Source: Chrysemys picta bellii
Lineage: Eukaryota
Direction of reading: 5' to 3'
Assembly (NCBI RefSeq): GCF_011386835.1
Contig: NC_088794.1
Span: forward strand, 6,138,001 to 6,202,000
Length of the DNA: 64,000 nucleotides
Positions 24,098 to 38,046 of the stretch are shown here, piece after piece. Each line of letters begins with the position of its first letter. The stretch's first letter is position 1. A program made the translations under genes and the position numbers. The notes below the pieces were generated by a model. It worked only from the letters and a program-made list of their open reading frames with translations. It was not told where the DNA came from and ran no database searches.

Positions 24098-25904
24098 CCT
24101 GGAACTGAGTGGGGAGCAGCCGTGAGTCTGGGTTCAAGGCAGCCTCTCATTAATGGGGCCTGCCTGCTCCCCTGCCCACCTCCCCTCCGCTGAGGCAATT
24201 CCTCCTCCCCACACATCCCACCCCAGGGCACAGGAACCCTCATCCTGGGGAACAAACTCTGCCAAGGGACGGGCTGGAAGCCCTATTGGTGGGATATTTC
24301 CACCACACTGGGGATGGCTCTGGAGAGCTCCACTTACTTACTCTAGATGGGATGGAGCTGGATTGCAGATGCTTGCTGTTGGTCCTTCCTTTACCCTCCT
24401 CCTCAATCTCCTGCACCCAGGTGGGCTGGAAAGGGTGCTGTACAATGCCCTGCCAGCAGGGCAGGGGGTAGAAGTCAGGAGATCGAAAGTGGCTGTGAAA
24501 ACAAGATGATGTTTTATTGCCAGGTGATGGATAAACTCAGGCCAGCAGCCAGGGGGTCACCACACTGACCGACGTCCAGCAGGACACCTCCCATCTCAAG
24601 GTCTCCTAGTAACTTACGCACATTCCTGAAATGTGAGGGCCCAAGGGCTCTAGGGGAATGTCCCCAGCCCCACTGATGGAAACAGAGGCCTTGGCAGGAG
24701 AAGCCACTGCCTCAGGGTTGCGCTGGGAGTCAGGGATAGAGTCGGGGATGGAGCCCAGGAGTCCTTTGTCCAGGCTCCCGTACTAACCGCTAGAGGAACA
24801 CTCCCTTCCAGAGCTGGGAAGTGCCAGCAGGACTCTGTTCCCAGTCTCCCTGGCTCTGAGTGTGACCTATGGAGCTGGTGGAATCTTCATCCTTCGAGAT
24901 TTGTAAGGCCCAGCTTGGCCAAAAAAAAAATCATCTACTTAAAATTAAATGTGAAATTGACAACCTTTTGTTAAGGGCGAAATTTATGACAATCTTTTAA
25001 ATAATGTTCTTTTTTCTCTTCTATTTAAATTAAGTGGAATATGTTCACTGCCAAGTTTTTCAGACAGTCGCACCACTGATGTGGTAGCTAAGGCCCTGGA
25101 AGCAAAGTTAGCTGAAATGCTAGCCTAGCTTTGGACAGCAATAACTTCCTTGAAAGGTGCAGAAAATATTGTTTTCATTTCAGTTTATTCAAATAGTTCA
25201 GCTCAATCGACTAGTTCGTTGAAATTCAAGAAAGCCATTGGGAGTTCACAAAACAGGCAAACTTGTTTTCCTCCCTCAATCTATGGATAATCTATGGATC
25301 TACTAGTTCATAAATCTAAAAACACGTGGAGACCAGAATGTATCATTTCAGTTCAATAACCACACATCAAATTTCCTTAGTTTAAGAAATCAGTTAGTTT
25401 TAATTGCAAAACATTTTTGATATAACTTTTTTCTTATGCTTCTCTTTCTAGCTCTGGTATGACCTTGCTGTGTGACCAAAGAGAGGTCACTTCCTTTCTC
25501 TTTCCCTCTGTATCATGGGGATGGAGAAAATTCTCCCAGTCCCAGCAGAAGAGAGATTTGAGCACGTCAGGCGTGTTAGGGCCCTTGTGCTCTAAAGGAC
25601 AATGGGTGATTGTTGTTTGGGGCAAGAATCCTGACGTATTTGCTACTTGTCTCCTACCCAAAGCCAAGATCACATCTCTGTGTTTGCAATCATGAGTTAG
25701 AAATTCTCAGCACCCCTCTGTCTCCTGCAGCCCCCAAGTGTTCCTTGGATTATGGAGGCTTGGATGCTAACAGGACTGGAATTTGTTACTGGCTCCCTGG
25801 ATGGTTCTAGCCAATGAGGGTCTCCATCTAGCCTCAGAGGCCCACACCCCCAGACACTACAGATCAGCGTGGATTGATTTCATTCCAAATATTTTGTATT
25901 TGTA

Positions 25905-26185
25905 GTGGTGGCCGATGACAGAACAAGGAGCAATGGTCTCAAGTTGCAGTGGGGGAGGTTTAGGTTGGATATTAGGAAACACTATTCCACTAGGAGAGTG
26001 GTGAAGCACAGGAATAGGTTACCTAGGGAGGTGGTAGAATCTCCTTCCTTACAAGTTTTTAAAGCTCAGCTTGACAAAGCCCTGGCTGGGATGATTAAGT
26101 TGGGGTTGGTCCTGCTTTGAGCCGGGGGGTTGGACTAGAGACCTCCTGAGGTCTGTTCCAGCCCTAGTCTTCTATGATTCTATGA
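25905..26185 (+). mobile_element. CR1 LINE 3' end
   Basis: Reads [21 protein letters not shown]...[17 protein letters not shown], ending in CTATGATTCTATGA. Confidence 0.93.
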
Positions 26186-26683
26186 ATAGATAACCATTAA
26201 AACATGTGGATTTGCTGGTTTTGCAGGATACATAAAAACAAAAGGGTTGACTGAAACATTTTGTTTTCATTTCAAACACACTGAGGTAAAGAAGTATCTC
26301 TAGTGCATTGAACTGATTGTTCCTGGTCATAATGTCCTTCCACATTTTAGAGGTAGTAGCTCACATCTCCTCCTCTCTAGCCTTTATTCATATATTACAA
26401 GAGGAAAAGAAGCCTTCATCCTTTTTCAGCTCCCAGTCAATTTCTTAAATTTGAACGAAGTAGCTGCAACAATTGAAATGAAGAAAATAGTCTTTCTGCA
26501 CACACAGAAGAGGTTATTGCTGCCAAAATCTGGCTGAGTATTTCAACAACTTCTCGACCCCCAGGTGCTTAGGCCATGACTTCCAACAGTTCAGTGCTTT
26601 GACTTCCTCTGAAACTTGGCAGCAAACATGGACTTCATATATTTATTTAATTTCAATTAGTTTAATAGGTTATAGCAACTATA

Positions 26684-27183
26684 NNNNNNNNNNNNNNNNN
26701 NNNNNNNNNNNNNNNNNNNNNNNNNNNNNNNNNNNNNNNNNNNNNNNNNNNNNNNNNNNNNNNNNNNNNNNNNNNNNNNNNNNNNNNNNNNNNNNNNNNN
26801 NNNNNNNNNNNNNNNNNNNNNNNNNNNNNNNNNNNNNNNNNNNNNNNNNNNNNNNNNNNNNNNNNNNNNNNNNNNNNNNNNNNNNNNNNNNNNNNNNNNN
26901 NNNNNNNNNNNNNNNNNNNNNNNNNNNNNNNNNNNNNNNNNNNNNNNNNNNNNNNNNNNNNNNNNNNNNNNNNNNNNNNNNNNNNNNNNNNNNNNNNNNN
27001 NNNNNNNNNNNNNNNNNNNNNNNNNNNNNNNNNNNNNNNNNNNNNNNNNNNNNNNNNNNNNNNNNNNNNNNNNNNNNNNNNNNNNNNNNNNNNNNNNNNN
27101 NNNNNNNNNNNNNNNNNNNNNNNNNNNNNNNNNNNNNNNNNNNNNNNNNNNNNNNNNNNNNNNNNNNNNNNNNNNNNNNNNNN
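26684..27183. other. Assembly gap (500 N)
   Basis: Run of N bases. Confidence 1.
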
Positions 27184-29482
27184 TCAATAGTTCATCTAGT
27201 CCAGTCCCCTTCACTGAGGCAGGACCAAGTATTATCTGGACCATCCCTGACAGATGCATGTGTCCCTTAAGGCTACATCATTTCAATACCAAATTGAGTA
27301 GTTTATGTCAGTAGCAGGGCAGCGGGTTTTTCTTGTCATGGGTATTGTCAATAGTGAGGCAGGAGACAAGAGCAGTCTGTAGATTTAATGTTGGGTAAGG
27401 AGAAGTGTAGAATCTGTTAATTTTAAGAAAAGCTCTTTGGGGCTAGGGTATCTCTGGAACTCTGTGATCAAATGGCCCCAAATTTGGGTTTGTAGCAGAG
27501 CCCCATACCCCCATGAGGCACACCAAATTGTGAGACAATCTGAGTAACTGTGGTGTAGCTTTTAGAGCACTTAGAACAGTCAAGTTTTAAACAGAAGGCT
27601 GGTCTTAACTATAGCTGAGTTCTCATTCTGCTATAGTATTGGGTGTTTCAATTTTTGGGTGCCCAAGCTGAGACCTCTTAGAAAGGTTTTAGAGGGCAGG
27701 TGCTCAGTGCTGTCTGATAACCCAGTCCCGGGAAGTGGTCTCAGGTTGGGAACTGAAAAATGGAAGCATCCAAAATCAGTACTCACTTTTCAAATGTAGA
27801 CCAGTAAGTATACAGCTAGGTGGCTACTTTGGTGTAATACGTGATCTTATCTACTCTTATTGCTCCTTCAGTAGCCGCACATCTCACAATCTTCAATGTA
27901 CTTACTCCCCTGTGAGATAGTCTCTCTGGGCCTCGCGGGGAGACTGATTATCTGCACCAACGGAAAACCCCTCCCATAAGCATAGGTAGTGCTTACACTG
28001 TAGCACTTCAGGAATACAGCGGTGCCTCCATAGCATTTTACGTGTAGACAAGCCCTGCGACCAAGATTCTTAAAGGAATTTAGGCACCTAACCCACATTG
28101 AAAAACTGGTTCTCAGTGACCTAATCAAGGTCACATGGCAGGAACTTGAACTCAGACCTTATTAGCCTTAGGTTGGCCAATGGGTCATCCTTCCTCTTGC
28201 ATGTGTGTGTGTGTACAATTATGTTTGTCTGTCTGTCTATCCACACATCGATCTGTCTAGCTACCCATCCAGTCCTGTGCATAACCATCAATCTGTCAGT
28301 CTATCTACAAATATACCTCCACATATACACTGTACTTTATTTCTTTGTAAAGTGATGGTTGGTGTGGGATGTGGGTACTGAGGTGATAAACCAAAAAAAT
28401 TACATTCTTGATATCATCTCTTTGTGTCTCTTGATACACTAGCTGACACAGTTTGGTAGCAAATGAAACAAATGAGGAAGATACTTATCCTTGCAGACAT
28501 CACATAACAATGCATAATGGAAAAGCTGTAACACTGTTACTGGACATTGTTATCAAGTGAAATTACGCCTTCCTGCATTATCTGGCTCAAGTTTCCATTC
28601 CTTTATTGTCTTCTCCTGTACATCAAATAATGAAGGATATTTCTGCATGTTGACTTAATGACTCAGAACTAGCTCATGCTTGTGCTCCAATACTGATCAG
28701 TAAAAAAGTCCCCATATTTACATACAGCGAGGAATAATTTTCTGATATATTGTTCTCCTCAAGGCGTCCTTCACCTCCTTGTTCCTCAGGCTGTAGATCA
28801 GGGGGTTCAGCATGGGGATCACCAGGGTATAGAACACAGCCACCACTTTATCCTGATCTGCTGAGTTACTGGAGCTGGGGCGCAGATACATAAAGAAGAG
28901 AGTCCCATACAGCATAGCAACGACCGTCAGGTGGGAGGCGCAGGTGTTGAAGGCTTTGCGCCTGCCCTCAGAAGAGCGGATCCTTAGGATGGCAAAGATG
29001 ATATATGTGTAGGAGACAAGGATGATCACAATGGTTACAATGGTTGCTATAGCTGCAAAGGTGAAATGCACCAGCTCATCGATGCGAGTGTTGGAGCATG
29101 AGATCTTTTGGAGAGGAGGGATGTCACAGAAGAAATGATCAAGGACATTGAAGTGGCAGAAGGACAGAGAAAACAAAGAACTAGTGTGGGTGATTGCACT
29201 GGCAAAAGCATAGAGATAAGAGCCCACCACCAACTGGATGCAGACTCTCCTGGACATAACTACATGATAAAGCAATGGTTTGCAGATGGCTACAAAGCGA
29301 TCGTAGGCCATCACTGCCAGGAGGCAAAGCTCGGTGTTGGCACAAAGAGAGAGGAAGAAAAACTGAACCACACACCCTGCAAAAGAAATGTCTTTAGTCT
29401 CTGTAGAAAAGATGACCAGTGTCTTTGGGGCAATCACAGAGGAGTAGCCAATATCTAAGAGAGACAAGCTGCTGAGGAAAAA
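27184..29482 (-). repeat. Right arm of the inverted segmental duplication (partner 5155-7340); runs into the gap
   Basis: Reverse-complement match to 5155-7340. Confidence 0.95.
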
Positions 29483-29662
29483 ATACATGGAGGTGTGGAG
29501 TCGGGAATCAACACGGATTAACATGATCATCCCTAGATTCCCCACCAGGGTGCAGAAATAGATGAAGGAGAATGTCATGAAGAGGATGATTTGCAGCTTT
29601 GGATTTTCTGTTATTCCCTGGAGGATGAAGCCAGTCACTGTGGTATAATTCCCCAGTGCCAT
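28718..29662 (-). CDS. Olfactory receptor, class II, OR5-like (intact, 314 aa)
   Basis: Motifs [41 protein letters not shown] and [16 protein letters not shown]. Confidence 0.96.
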   Translation of the reverse strand: MALGNYTTVTGFILQGITENPKLQIILFMTFSFIYFCTLVGNLGMIMLIRVDSRLHTSMYFFLSSLSLLDIGYSSVIAPKTLVIFSTETKDISFAGCVVQFFFLSLCANTELCLLAVMAYDRFVAICKPLLYHVVMSRRVCIQLVVGSYLYAFASAITHTSSLFSLSFCHFNVLDHFFCDIPPLQKISCSNTRIDELVHFTFAAIATIVTIVIILVSYTYIIFAILRIRSSEGRRKAFNTCASHLTVVAMLYGTLFFMYLRPSSSNSADQDKVVAVFYTLVIPMLNPLIYSLRNKEVKDALRRTIYQKIIPRCM

Positions 29663-31469
29663 TTATCCTGTAGATTCTCTCTGCGACCAAAGAAGAGGCA
29701 AATGAGGGGACGGAACAATGGTTATCTCAAAATATCTCCCATGGCTCCTCTGATGTACAGTAAAGGTTGGTGTTATCCCTTGTCACAGAAATGAGATACG
29801 AAAGAGAATATTTAATAGGGGAGTAATGTGTAAAGCTAATTGGAAAATGGGGTTTTATTTTATTCCATTTCCCATGGAAAATTCCGTGTTTTCAGGGGGA
29901 AATAACATAAAATAGTTCAGCCGTAATCTGATATATTTTGTCTGAAATCAGAAGTATTTTGACTGTGAATTGTGCACCATGGAAGATGTAGTCCAAGCAG
30001 TGAGCCCTGCCTATGGAAGAGAATGGGAACATGAGGAACTTGAAGTACAGCTCCCATTAGAGACCATGGCAACATTCCCAATTCATTAAATTATTATTTT
30101 GGGGGGACAAACAGCTGAAATTTTCCATGGAAAATTTGAATGAAAATTATTTTTGATTGTTTGTTTTTAATTTTGTCTTGCAATTTTGCATAGAAAAACA
30201 TTCATATTTTCCTACTTCCTTGGGATTGAGTGTTCCCACTCCCTCTATGAGGGTCTGAACCAATACTGATGGAAGCCAAAGGTAGTTTTTCCATTGACTA
30301 CATGCACTTTGGAGCAGGCCCTTTAAGAAAACGATGAAACCTGCTATTGACAGTTAAAAGAGGGCAAAGGGATGAAAGGTTGTATTCCATGTATTTGAAC
30401 TTTCTGAACTCCCTGATACAAGATATTTTCAAGGCAACTAACAATTATACATTTATGCGAACTAAGAGGGGGAAAAACACACCCTCCTTTTTTTTAATGA
30501 AATGTTAAATATGGGATTTTTCAATGCACCAAACCAGAATAATAAAAGAAGAGGCTCAAAGCACAGGCCTGTGTTGTTTAAGCAAAATAACCAGGATCGT
30601 CAGCTTGAAGGCTGCAGCTGTCTCATAAAGCTCTGCTCATGTTCTGGCCAACAGAGGCATGACAAACAGCCACACTGTGAGAGCCTGGGTTACAATGAGT
30701 TCTGTGCTATTTTTCTGTGGATTATGCTGTCCTGACAGTCTAGATCCTGCAAAGGGCACATCCATCCTTCCTGGCTGACCTCAATGGAGGTTAGGTTTTC
30801 AGCTCCCCGCAGGATCAGTGCTCAATATGCTCGCACAGCAACCTAGCGTGCAAAAACGCAACATGAGAGATGCAATGGTCCAAATATGTAAAAACCTGTC
30901 CTCCCTGTTTGTCCCTGCGGTTTTCATGTTTGCAATTAAAGGAAGCCAGATATCTAGCTACTCAATAGCCCCCTTGTTCCAGTCAGTCTGAAGACAAAAG
31001 CTATCATGTGCACAAACCCTTATAGGGAAAAGATGGATTTTCACGACTTCACAGGTGAGGCAGTGTAAGAAATGGCTGGACCTTTGACTCACTGTGGAAT
31101 GGCACATCACATTACCCAGTGCTGGATAACTAGGGACTGAAGGGCCTATGGAACTGCAGAATGACCAGCAAATTAAACCGGAGGTGATCTTTTAAAAAAT
31201 AAAGTGTTTACATTAACTAATAAGCCAAACTCTGTCCAAACCCAGGTCTGCTTTGTGTATAAACCCTAGGTAAAATCCAGGGCATTTAGGCCAACATGGA
31301 GCTGCTGTTTGAAGCATCTCATGTAGGTTTTTCAAAAGAATATATGAAAGTTAGATGTACTGATCCATTTGAAATTAAGGGAGAGCTGGGCATCCACCTA
31401 TCCATGGCATTCACCTGCTCCTCAGTAGCATGACAACTGCACAGCTCACAACCTTCAATGTGTTTAGCC

Positions 31470-31615
31470 TCACTACACCCCTGTGAGGTCAGGAATTACG
31501 ACCGTCCCCAATTCACAATTGGGAAACTGAGGCACAATGAGATAAAGCAAGTTGTGAAGATAACTCAGGAAGTCTTTGGCAGAACAAGTAGTTGAATCCT
31601 GGTCTACCAAGCACC
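31470..31615 (-). mobile_element. MIR/CORE-like SINE relic
   Basis: CCCCTGTGAGGTCAGG...GGGAAACTGAGGCACAATGAGATAAAGCAAG matches the reverse-oriented CORE-SINE pattern. Confidence 0.6.
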
Positions 31616-32837
31616 TCATCCATGGGAATATCCTTATGCCTCACTCTCTTACCCTCCTCTGAACATCCTCACCCTAGTTTAGGCTTTTTCCACTGCAGTT
31701 TCCTGTGCCTCCCATACATTTTTCATTGTCTTTAGACTTTAAAGACCTAAAAGACATCTGTGCCAGCTTTAGATGCCTTAACAGATGAGTAGAAACACAA
31801 TCCACAACAAAACAGCAAATGCAAGTGCAGCGAACAACTCAGCCAACAGAAAATACATCCGGACACAAACGTACCCTCATCTGATTTCCTGCAAAAGATG
31901 AAGATCTCTTGTAATCAGAAGTTGTGGGGTTAGATCCGGAGATGGTATAAACTGGAATAGTTTGAGGATCTGTAAATCAAGCACTTTAATATTTTCAGGG
32001 CATTTTTGTTTTAAGTCTTTGACAAATAAAAAAAATACATGATGAACAATATATGTGCATAAATATTCTCTCATTTCTCCTGGGATATGTGTTGTGTGCT
32101 CAAACTACCACTCCAGGGCAACTTCTTGTTACTTTCTGATTCAGGTTACATTTGCTCACCAATGGCTGTGCAAGTTGCTGGCCCTTTGGGGAGCAGTCTC
32201 CCAACCCCAGGACTCTACATATGCAAAAAATCCAGCTCCCTTTTGGGGGTTACCCTGTGTTTCCTTCCCTCCCCCCCCCCCCCCCGCACTGAGTCCTTCC
32301 CTGCCCCCTTTTCCTCGAGGGCTGTGGTCTGTGCTCTCTGGGCTAAGAGTGTCTACTCTTGGATCAGAAGCACCTTTTCCTAGCATCTTTCCCACCACTG
32401 CTCTCTGTGTCTCACCAGCCTGGAGGAAAACCCGGCTCCCCCACATCAGCCAGGTCATTTCAGTTCTCACAAACTACCACCTGGAAATTTCCTGGTCTCA
32501 ACTCCTCTGTTATCACAGGCATTGGAGCTGCATCTTGATGTAAAGAGACACCGTTACTTTCCAAAAACTTATCAGAAATAGCATCCTGAAAAACTGGGAT
32601 CTGGATTGGAGTCCCCTCCGCCACCCCTTTCTCTGTCCCTGAGAAGTCAGCTGTGGGACTGCTCCCCTCCAGGAGGTCGGTTACACAGCTCCCTCTCAAA
32701 ACCTGGGCCATGGGCTGAGTGCACAGATGCTGACTCAGCCATTTGGTCCTGGGCATCCTCTCCCAAGTGACCGGTGTATGCAGTGCAAATCTTGCTCATT
32801 ACAACAAGCTGTGTATTTCACCCTCTTTCTGCACCAC

Positions 32838-33453
32838 TGTGATGGGATCCCCGGGGTGCAGCCTGGGACTGTGGGACCATTGTGCCCCCACAACTCTCCA
32901 GCCTGGGCTGTCTCTCACAATGCTTTGCTAGTAACAAGCAGCAACCCCTCCAGGTGTTGTGATCACTCATCACAACTGCATGTGGAGCCCCACACCCAGC
33001 TGATTGCATGAATGCTCCCAGAGCCACTCATGAATCACACAGAGAAAGGTACCAGCCAAATCCCCCCAGATACCAGCCTTGCACATCAGGAATATACCAT
33101 CTTGCACTGCTCAAGACGAGCAGTGAAAATTTATTAATGGGTTCTCCACATCATCAATGGAAAGTGGATCTACACCAAGCTTTGTAAAACCTGAGCACAT
33201 TTACCAGTCACTTCAGGCAAACTCACTGGTATAGATAAACAGTTAAATGAATGTTTTACTGACAACCATACAACACCATCTCATAACTTCATATGCACTA
33301 AAGATATTCATATTTAGATAGAGAAATGACCTTCCCCAGATCATAACCTTTCCCCATATACCTTACAAGGCATGCTTTATATGCCAGATCACAATTATAT
33401 ATAAATGAGGAATATGGAGCTACAGGGGCTCCCCCAAGTTATAGAGTGTCACC
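32838..33453. mobile_element. Solo LTR-like element
   Basis: Starts TGTGATGGGATCCCCGGGGTGCAGCCTGGG and ends GAGTGTCAC(C). It resembles turtle Gypsy LTRs. No TSD could be confirmed. Confidence 0.5.
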
Positions 33454-33459
33454 CGATGT

Positions 33460-33930
33460 TTATCAGATAACGTTCAGAAAAACATCCAGTCTTGATTTAA
33501 AGATGTCAAGTGATAGGGAAAACCCTTGGTAAGCTATTCCAATAGTTAATTACCCTCACTATTTAAAAATGGCACCTCATTTCTAGTCTGAATTTGTCTA
33601 GCTTCATCTTCCATCAATTGGATCTTGTACTGCCCTTTTCTCCTAGACCAAAGAGAAGTCACCATCAGAAATTTATTCCTCATAGGGATACTTGCAGACG
33701 GTGATCAAGTCACCATTAAAATTTCTCTCGGATAAACTAAATAGATTGAGCTTCTTAAGTTTCTCAGTAGAAGGGATGTTTTCCAGTCCTTGAATGTTTC
33801 TTGGAGCTCTCTACTGAACCTTTTGTCAACTTCTTTTTGAAGTGTGAACACCAGACCTAGACATGGTATTCCAGTAACGGTCTCATTAATGCCACAGACA
33901 GAGATAATACCAACTGCCTGCTCTTATTTA
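33460..33930 (-). mobile_element. CR1 LINE fragment
   Basis: Reverse-oriented CR1 3' region (CATCCAGTCTTGATTTAAAG...TTCTAGTCTGAATTTGTCTAGCTTCA...GATAAACTAAATAGATTGAGCT). Confidence 0.75.
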
Positions 33931-34806
33931 ATAGTTCCCTGCTTTTACACCTGCTAATGCTTTAAAGAGGCTGTTTCGTAATGATCATGCACCTGATAGC
34001 CACCTAACTGGTCAGAGTGCATGACCCTGCCACTCAGGAAGGATGGTCTTGCAGTTAAAGCATTGGAGTGGGATTCAGAAAATGAGAATTTAATTCCTCC
34101 CTATGGGACCTTGGACCGATAGTTTAGTTTAGTTCTCCATCTTTTTCTATTTAGATTGTAAACTCTTCAGGTCTGGGACCATGTCTTGCTGTGTGCCGAT
34201 ACTGTGCCTAATAAAATGGGGGCCAGGTCTCTCATCTTGGTTTGGGTGTCTGGATGCGACTATCACAAAAAAATAATACAAGTCAACCGCCTCCAGGCAC
34301 AGCTTTCTTTACAAGTATGATGAGTCAAAAATATACTTGTTCATCCACTTCAAAATAAAGAGAGAAAAACTGGAAAAGTCAAGAGATATTTCATCTCATT
34401 TCATTCCCAATGTGATTCATCCCTGAACCAGGCTGACTTTCTACAGAGGAAAGGGATGCTGTGCTGGGAAATCCCACACCACCCGGAATCAAACAGTAGC
34501 ATCTCAGCAGGTAGGAACCTGAACCAAGGCCCACTGAACTCACCAGAAGAACTCCCACTGACTTCAGTGGGCTTTGGCAAAAGCCAGTGAGGACTTCTGT
34601 CTGGAGGGCGGCCATCATCCAGCATAAAAGACACGTCAGAGGATTTAAAACAAACATATTTGTCCTTCCACCTGCCCGCCCCCTCATTTCTAGATTGAAC
34701 AAATCATTGAAAAATACAATATTATTGCCACAAAACACACTTTTATTATTCTACAATATTTCCTTTATCATTCGCAGATGCCAGAACTGATCTCAAAACC
34801 TCACAC

Positions 34807-35190
34807 GCTTACCTCATGATTGAATTCAAGACAACTTTCAAGAGTTGTGTTCCCTTTTCAGTGTAACTTATGCTGAGCTAGAAAAGGGGAAAGAACCAAA
34901 ATCACTTGTACCAAAAAATCTCAGTTCTGAGTGGATCGGTCTAATGCTGTAGCCATTTGCAGAAATTTGAAATGAAAGATTTTTTTCCCCACATCCAAAA
35001 TAAATGGTCTAATTTGCCTCTACCGTGCTTCTCGGTTTCAAATGGATCACATCAGGATGATGGATATGTTTATATCTGGTTTAGTGGCATATTAGTGCAA
35101 AATCCCTGAAGCATCTCAGAGCTCTGAATCTCTAGCTAGCCACTGATGGGATCATCAAAATGTTCTTCATCTCTCCCGGGAGCTGGGAAA
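34807..35190 (-). promoter_or_regulatory. Putative promoter and first exon of the OR at 29662
   Basis: O/E-like CTCCCGGGAGAG (35171-35182), CATTTTGATGA (35152-35162), TATAAA (35069-35074) and donor GAG|GTAAGC near 34812. Alignable to 56860-56976 and 42844-42928. Confidence 0.5.
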
Positions 35191-37146
35191 AATCACATGT
35201 GGATTTGTTGGGTGTTTTGTTTACTCTTCTTTTTTCCTCTTTCAAAGGGATGTGCTCATTGCAGAAATATGGATATGCTTCACATAGAGAAGCCCTTCTC
35301 TCCAGGAATAGGTTGTGAAATAGACTCAAAACTAAAGGGGTATATCCCGCTTTTAAGCCTAAAATCCCAAATGGGGGCTAAAGACACTCAGATAACACTG
35401 TCATAGAGCCTGGTCCTCATCAGGTATAAATCAACATAGCTCCATATAGGTCAACAAAGATATTCTGATTTACATCCGCTGGGGAGCTGGCCAATTTTGA
35501 TCAAATTCTGCCCTTGGCTATGGTAGTGTAAATGCAGAGGAACTCCATGGACTTCACTGCAGTTACGCTGGATTCACACAGAGAAAACCAAGAGCACAAT
35601 TTGGCCCATGACATAAGCAAGATAGACGTACCATGGAGCCAGAGGGATGGAGGCTGGTTGTTCACAGAACAGCCCTTGCTGAGACATGGATGTCTCACAG
35701 TCTAAGAGGAATCCCCTCAAACCAGATCTACTTTGTGGTGTGTTTGAAATGCCGATGAAACTTTTCACTCGTACACACAAAAAGTCATCCTGTTGTTTTC
35801 ACCAATACTTGACCTGTTGACAAAACATTTGGTTGGAAATTTTGAAATTCACTGAATTTTGAGCAGCTCTAATTGGAGAGACTCCAGTCCTAGCTGTGTA
35901 GCAATGAGCTCCCACAGTAATTGTATGGCATAAGAGACTCCCTCAACAGATATGTAGCAATGGGTTCCCTCAGTAGTGTGTCCAAACAAACACATGTTGC
36001 ATGCAGGCCATTGTCCTGTACACTGCTAGAGCAACAGGCTCTGCCGACCTCCTCCTTTCATTCCCAGCTGGCCTGCTATCGGGCCTTTCCTCTGCAGCCA
36101 GCTCCCAGGTTGCAGCCTCTGGCCTGCTGCTCCTGCCCGCAAGAAGACTTGGGTTCTCCACCTAGGCTGATGCCCTTTCCTTCAGGGGTGAGAAAGTGAG
36201 GGTTATACGGACTAAGGAGACAAAAAAGGGCTCACTGTCAACACCTCAGAGTAACTCAGGCACTGCCTCATGTTTATGTTTTGCTGAAGATGACAGTGTC
36301 ACGGGATAGTGTAATGTTCACAGACACCACGGGGATCTCTGTCGCCCTCTGGGTCACATGAAATATTTGGAGTTTACTACTGGCTTCAAGCCAACAGAAC
36401 TGGGCCTTTGACCTCAGGCAATACTGCCTTGTGCTCTTAGAGCCATAGACGCAGTTTCAGTCCCTGCCAACCTATCCAGGTAGCTTGCGTTACAATTGAA
36501 GCTGGGCGACTAAGAGATTTTTCAGTTTGCTGTCGGTTTTGAAAAATCAATTAAAAATTGGCTTCCGGTTGAACCAAGTACAACGTTTTTCTAATGTTTT
36601 TGGCAAATCAAAAAGTCAACAACAATGAAACATTTTGGAAATGTCAAAATGAAACACGTCCTTTTGTTTTGACTCCAAATAATTCGTTTGGACTTGCAGG
36701 TATTTTGATGAAAGCAAAGGAAAGGAGGTGGAACCGCTGCCTCACTTATAAGCATTAGCCTCATGGTTAGGTCATTCTCTTAGGCTGTGGGATACTCAGG
36801 ACCAGTTACTCCCTCTGCCTGAGATGGAGAAAAAGGTTTGAAGTTGGGGCCCCCACATTACAAGAATGGGCCTTAGCCACTGGACTATAGGAAATTCTGG
36901 GGTGGGGCTGGCTCAGTCTCTCCTCTTGATTCTCTTCCTTTTTGTATAATTAATTAAATGGCCATTTGAGAATTCCTATATATATATATATATATGTCAT
37001 AATGTAAAAAAATGTTTTGTTTCATGTTGATTTGAGGAATTTTGTATTGATTAAATCCAATGTCCTGAGTATATTAGAGATACTTTGCTCTTTTAAATCT
37101 TTCCTCACAAGCTCTTCCCTCCAGACATTTAAGCATTGAGTTGGCA

Positions 37147-38034
37147 CCCTCCTATCCCTGTCATGAGCATCTACACTGAAGTGCTACAGATGCAGCACCC
37201 TGTGCAGTGGTAATATTTTAAGTATAGACACACCATAAGTTTGGGCTGGAGGCAAGGATTTGGGCACCATTTCTTAGTCCTGTTGCAATGTGAAGGATGG
37301 GAGGGTTGATCCATAACCATTTATGGCTACTGTATATGACATGGATAGTGAGATTAAATACGGTCTAGTTACACTGAGTTATTGGGATGATGTAATAGAT
37401 ACATTGATTAAGCTGGACTGTTAGGAAACTAGCATGAAGGCAACAAAATATCTCTAGTAGAAGTAACCTGCCGGTAAACATGGCAAGAGTCATTAGCTGC
37501 TTCCTATTAATTTCTTTGGCTGATCTCTGATTCTTGTCTTTTGTGAAGGGGGAAATAGCATTTCCTGGGGTAAATAACACTGCTTTATTCACTTTCTCCA
37601 TATCGTTAATGATTTTAGTGACCTCGATCATATTCCCCCATAGTTGTCTCTTTTCCGAACTGAACTGTCCCGGTCCTTTTAATCTTTCCTCATATGGAAG
37701 CTGTTCCATAATCTGATCATTGTTGTCACCCTTCCCTGTATCTTTTCCACTGATAATATATATTTTTGAGATGGGCAGACCAAAACTGCATGCAGTATTC
37801 TAGATGTGAGTGTACCATGGATTTATATAATGGCCTTATGATATTTACTGTCTTATTATTTATCCTTTTCCTAATGGTTCTTATCATCTTATCTTATCTG
37901 TTAGCTTTTTGACTGCTACTGCAGCCAGAGTGGATGTTTTCAGAGAACTGTCCACAATGACTCCAAGATCTCTCTCATGAGTGGTAACAGCTAATCTAGA
38001 CCCCATCATTTTGTGTGGCTAGTTGTATGACTCC
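37147..38034 (-). repeat. Inverted duplicate of 48743-49626 (CR1 fragment plus truncated Harbinger MITE)
   Basis: Paired ORFs MEQLPYEERLKG (37365..37709 -) and MEQLPYEESLKG (49059..49403 +). Breakpoints were traced by eye. Confidence 0.92.
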
Positions 38035-38046
38035 CACTCATCCTAG

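Noticed and set aside
26599-27270. 200-223 aa ORFs
   Set aside because: Artefacts of translating through the N gap.
37365-37709. Duplicated 114-aa 'MEQLPYEE' gene (also 49059-49403)
   Set aside because: A CR1 ORF2 remnant running into flanking DNA, duplicated passively.
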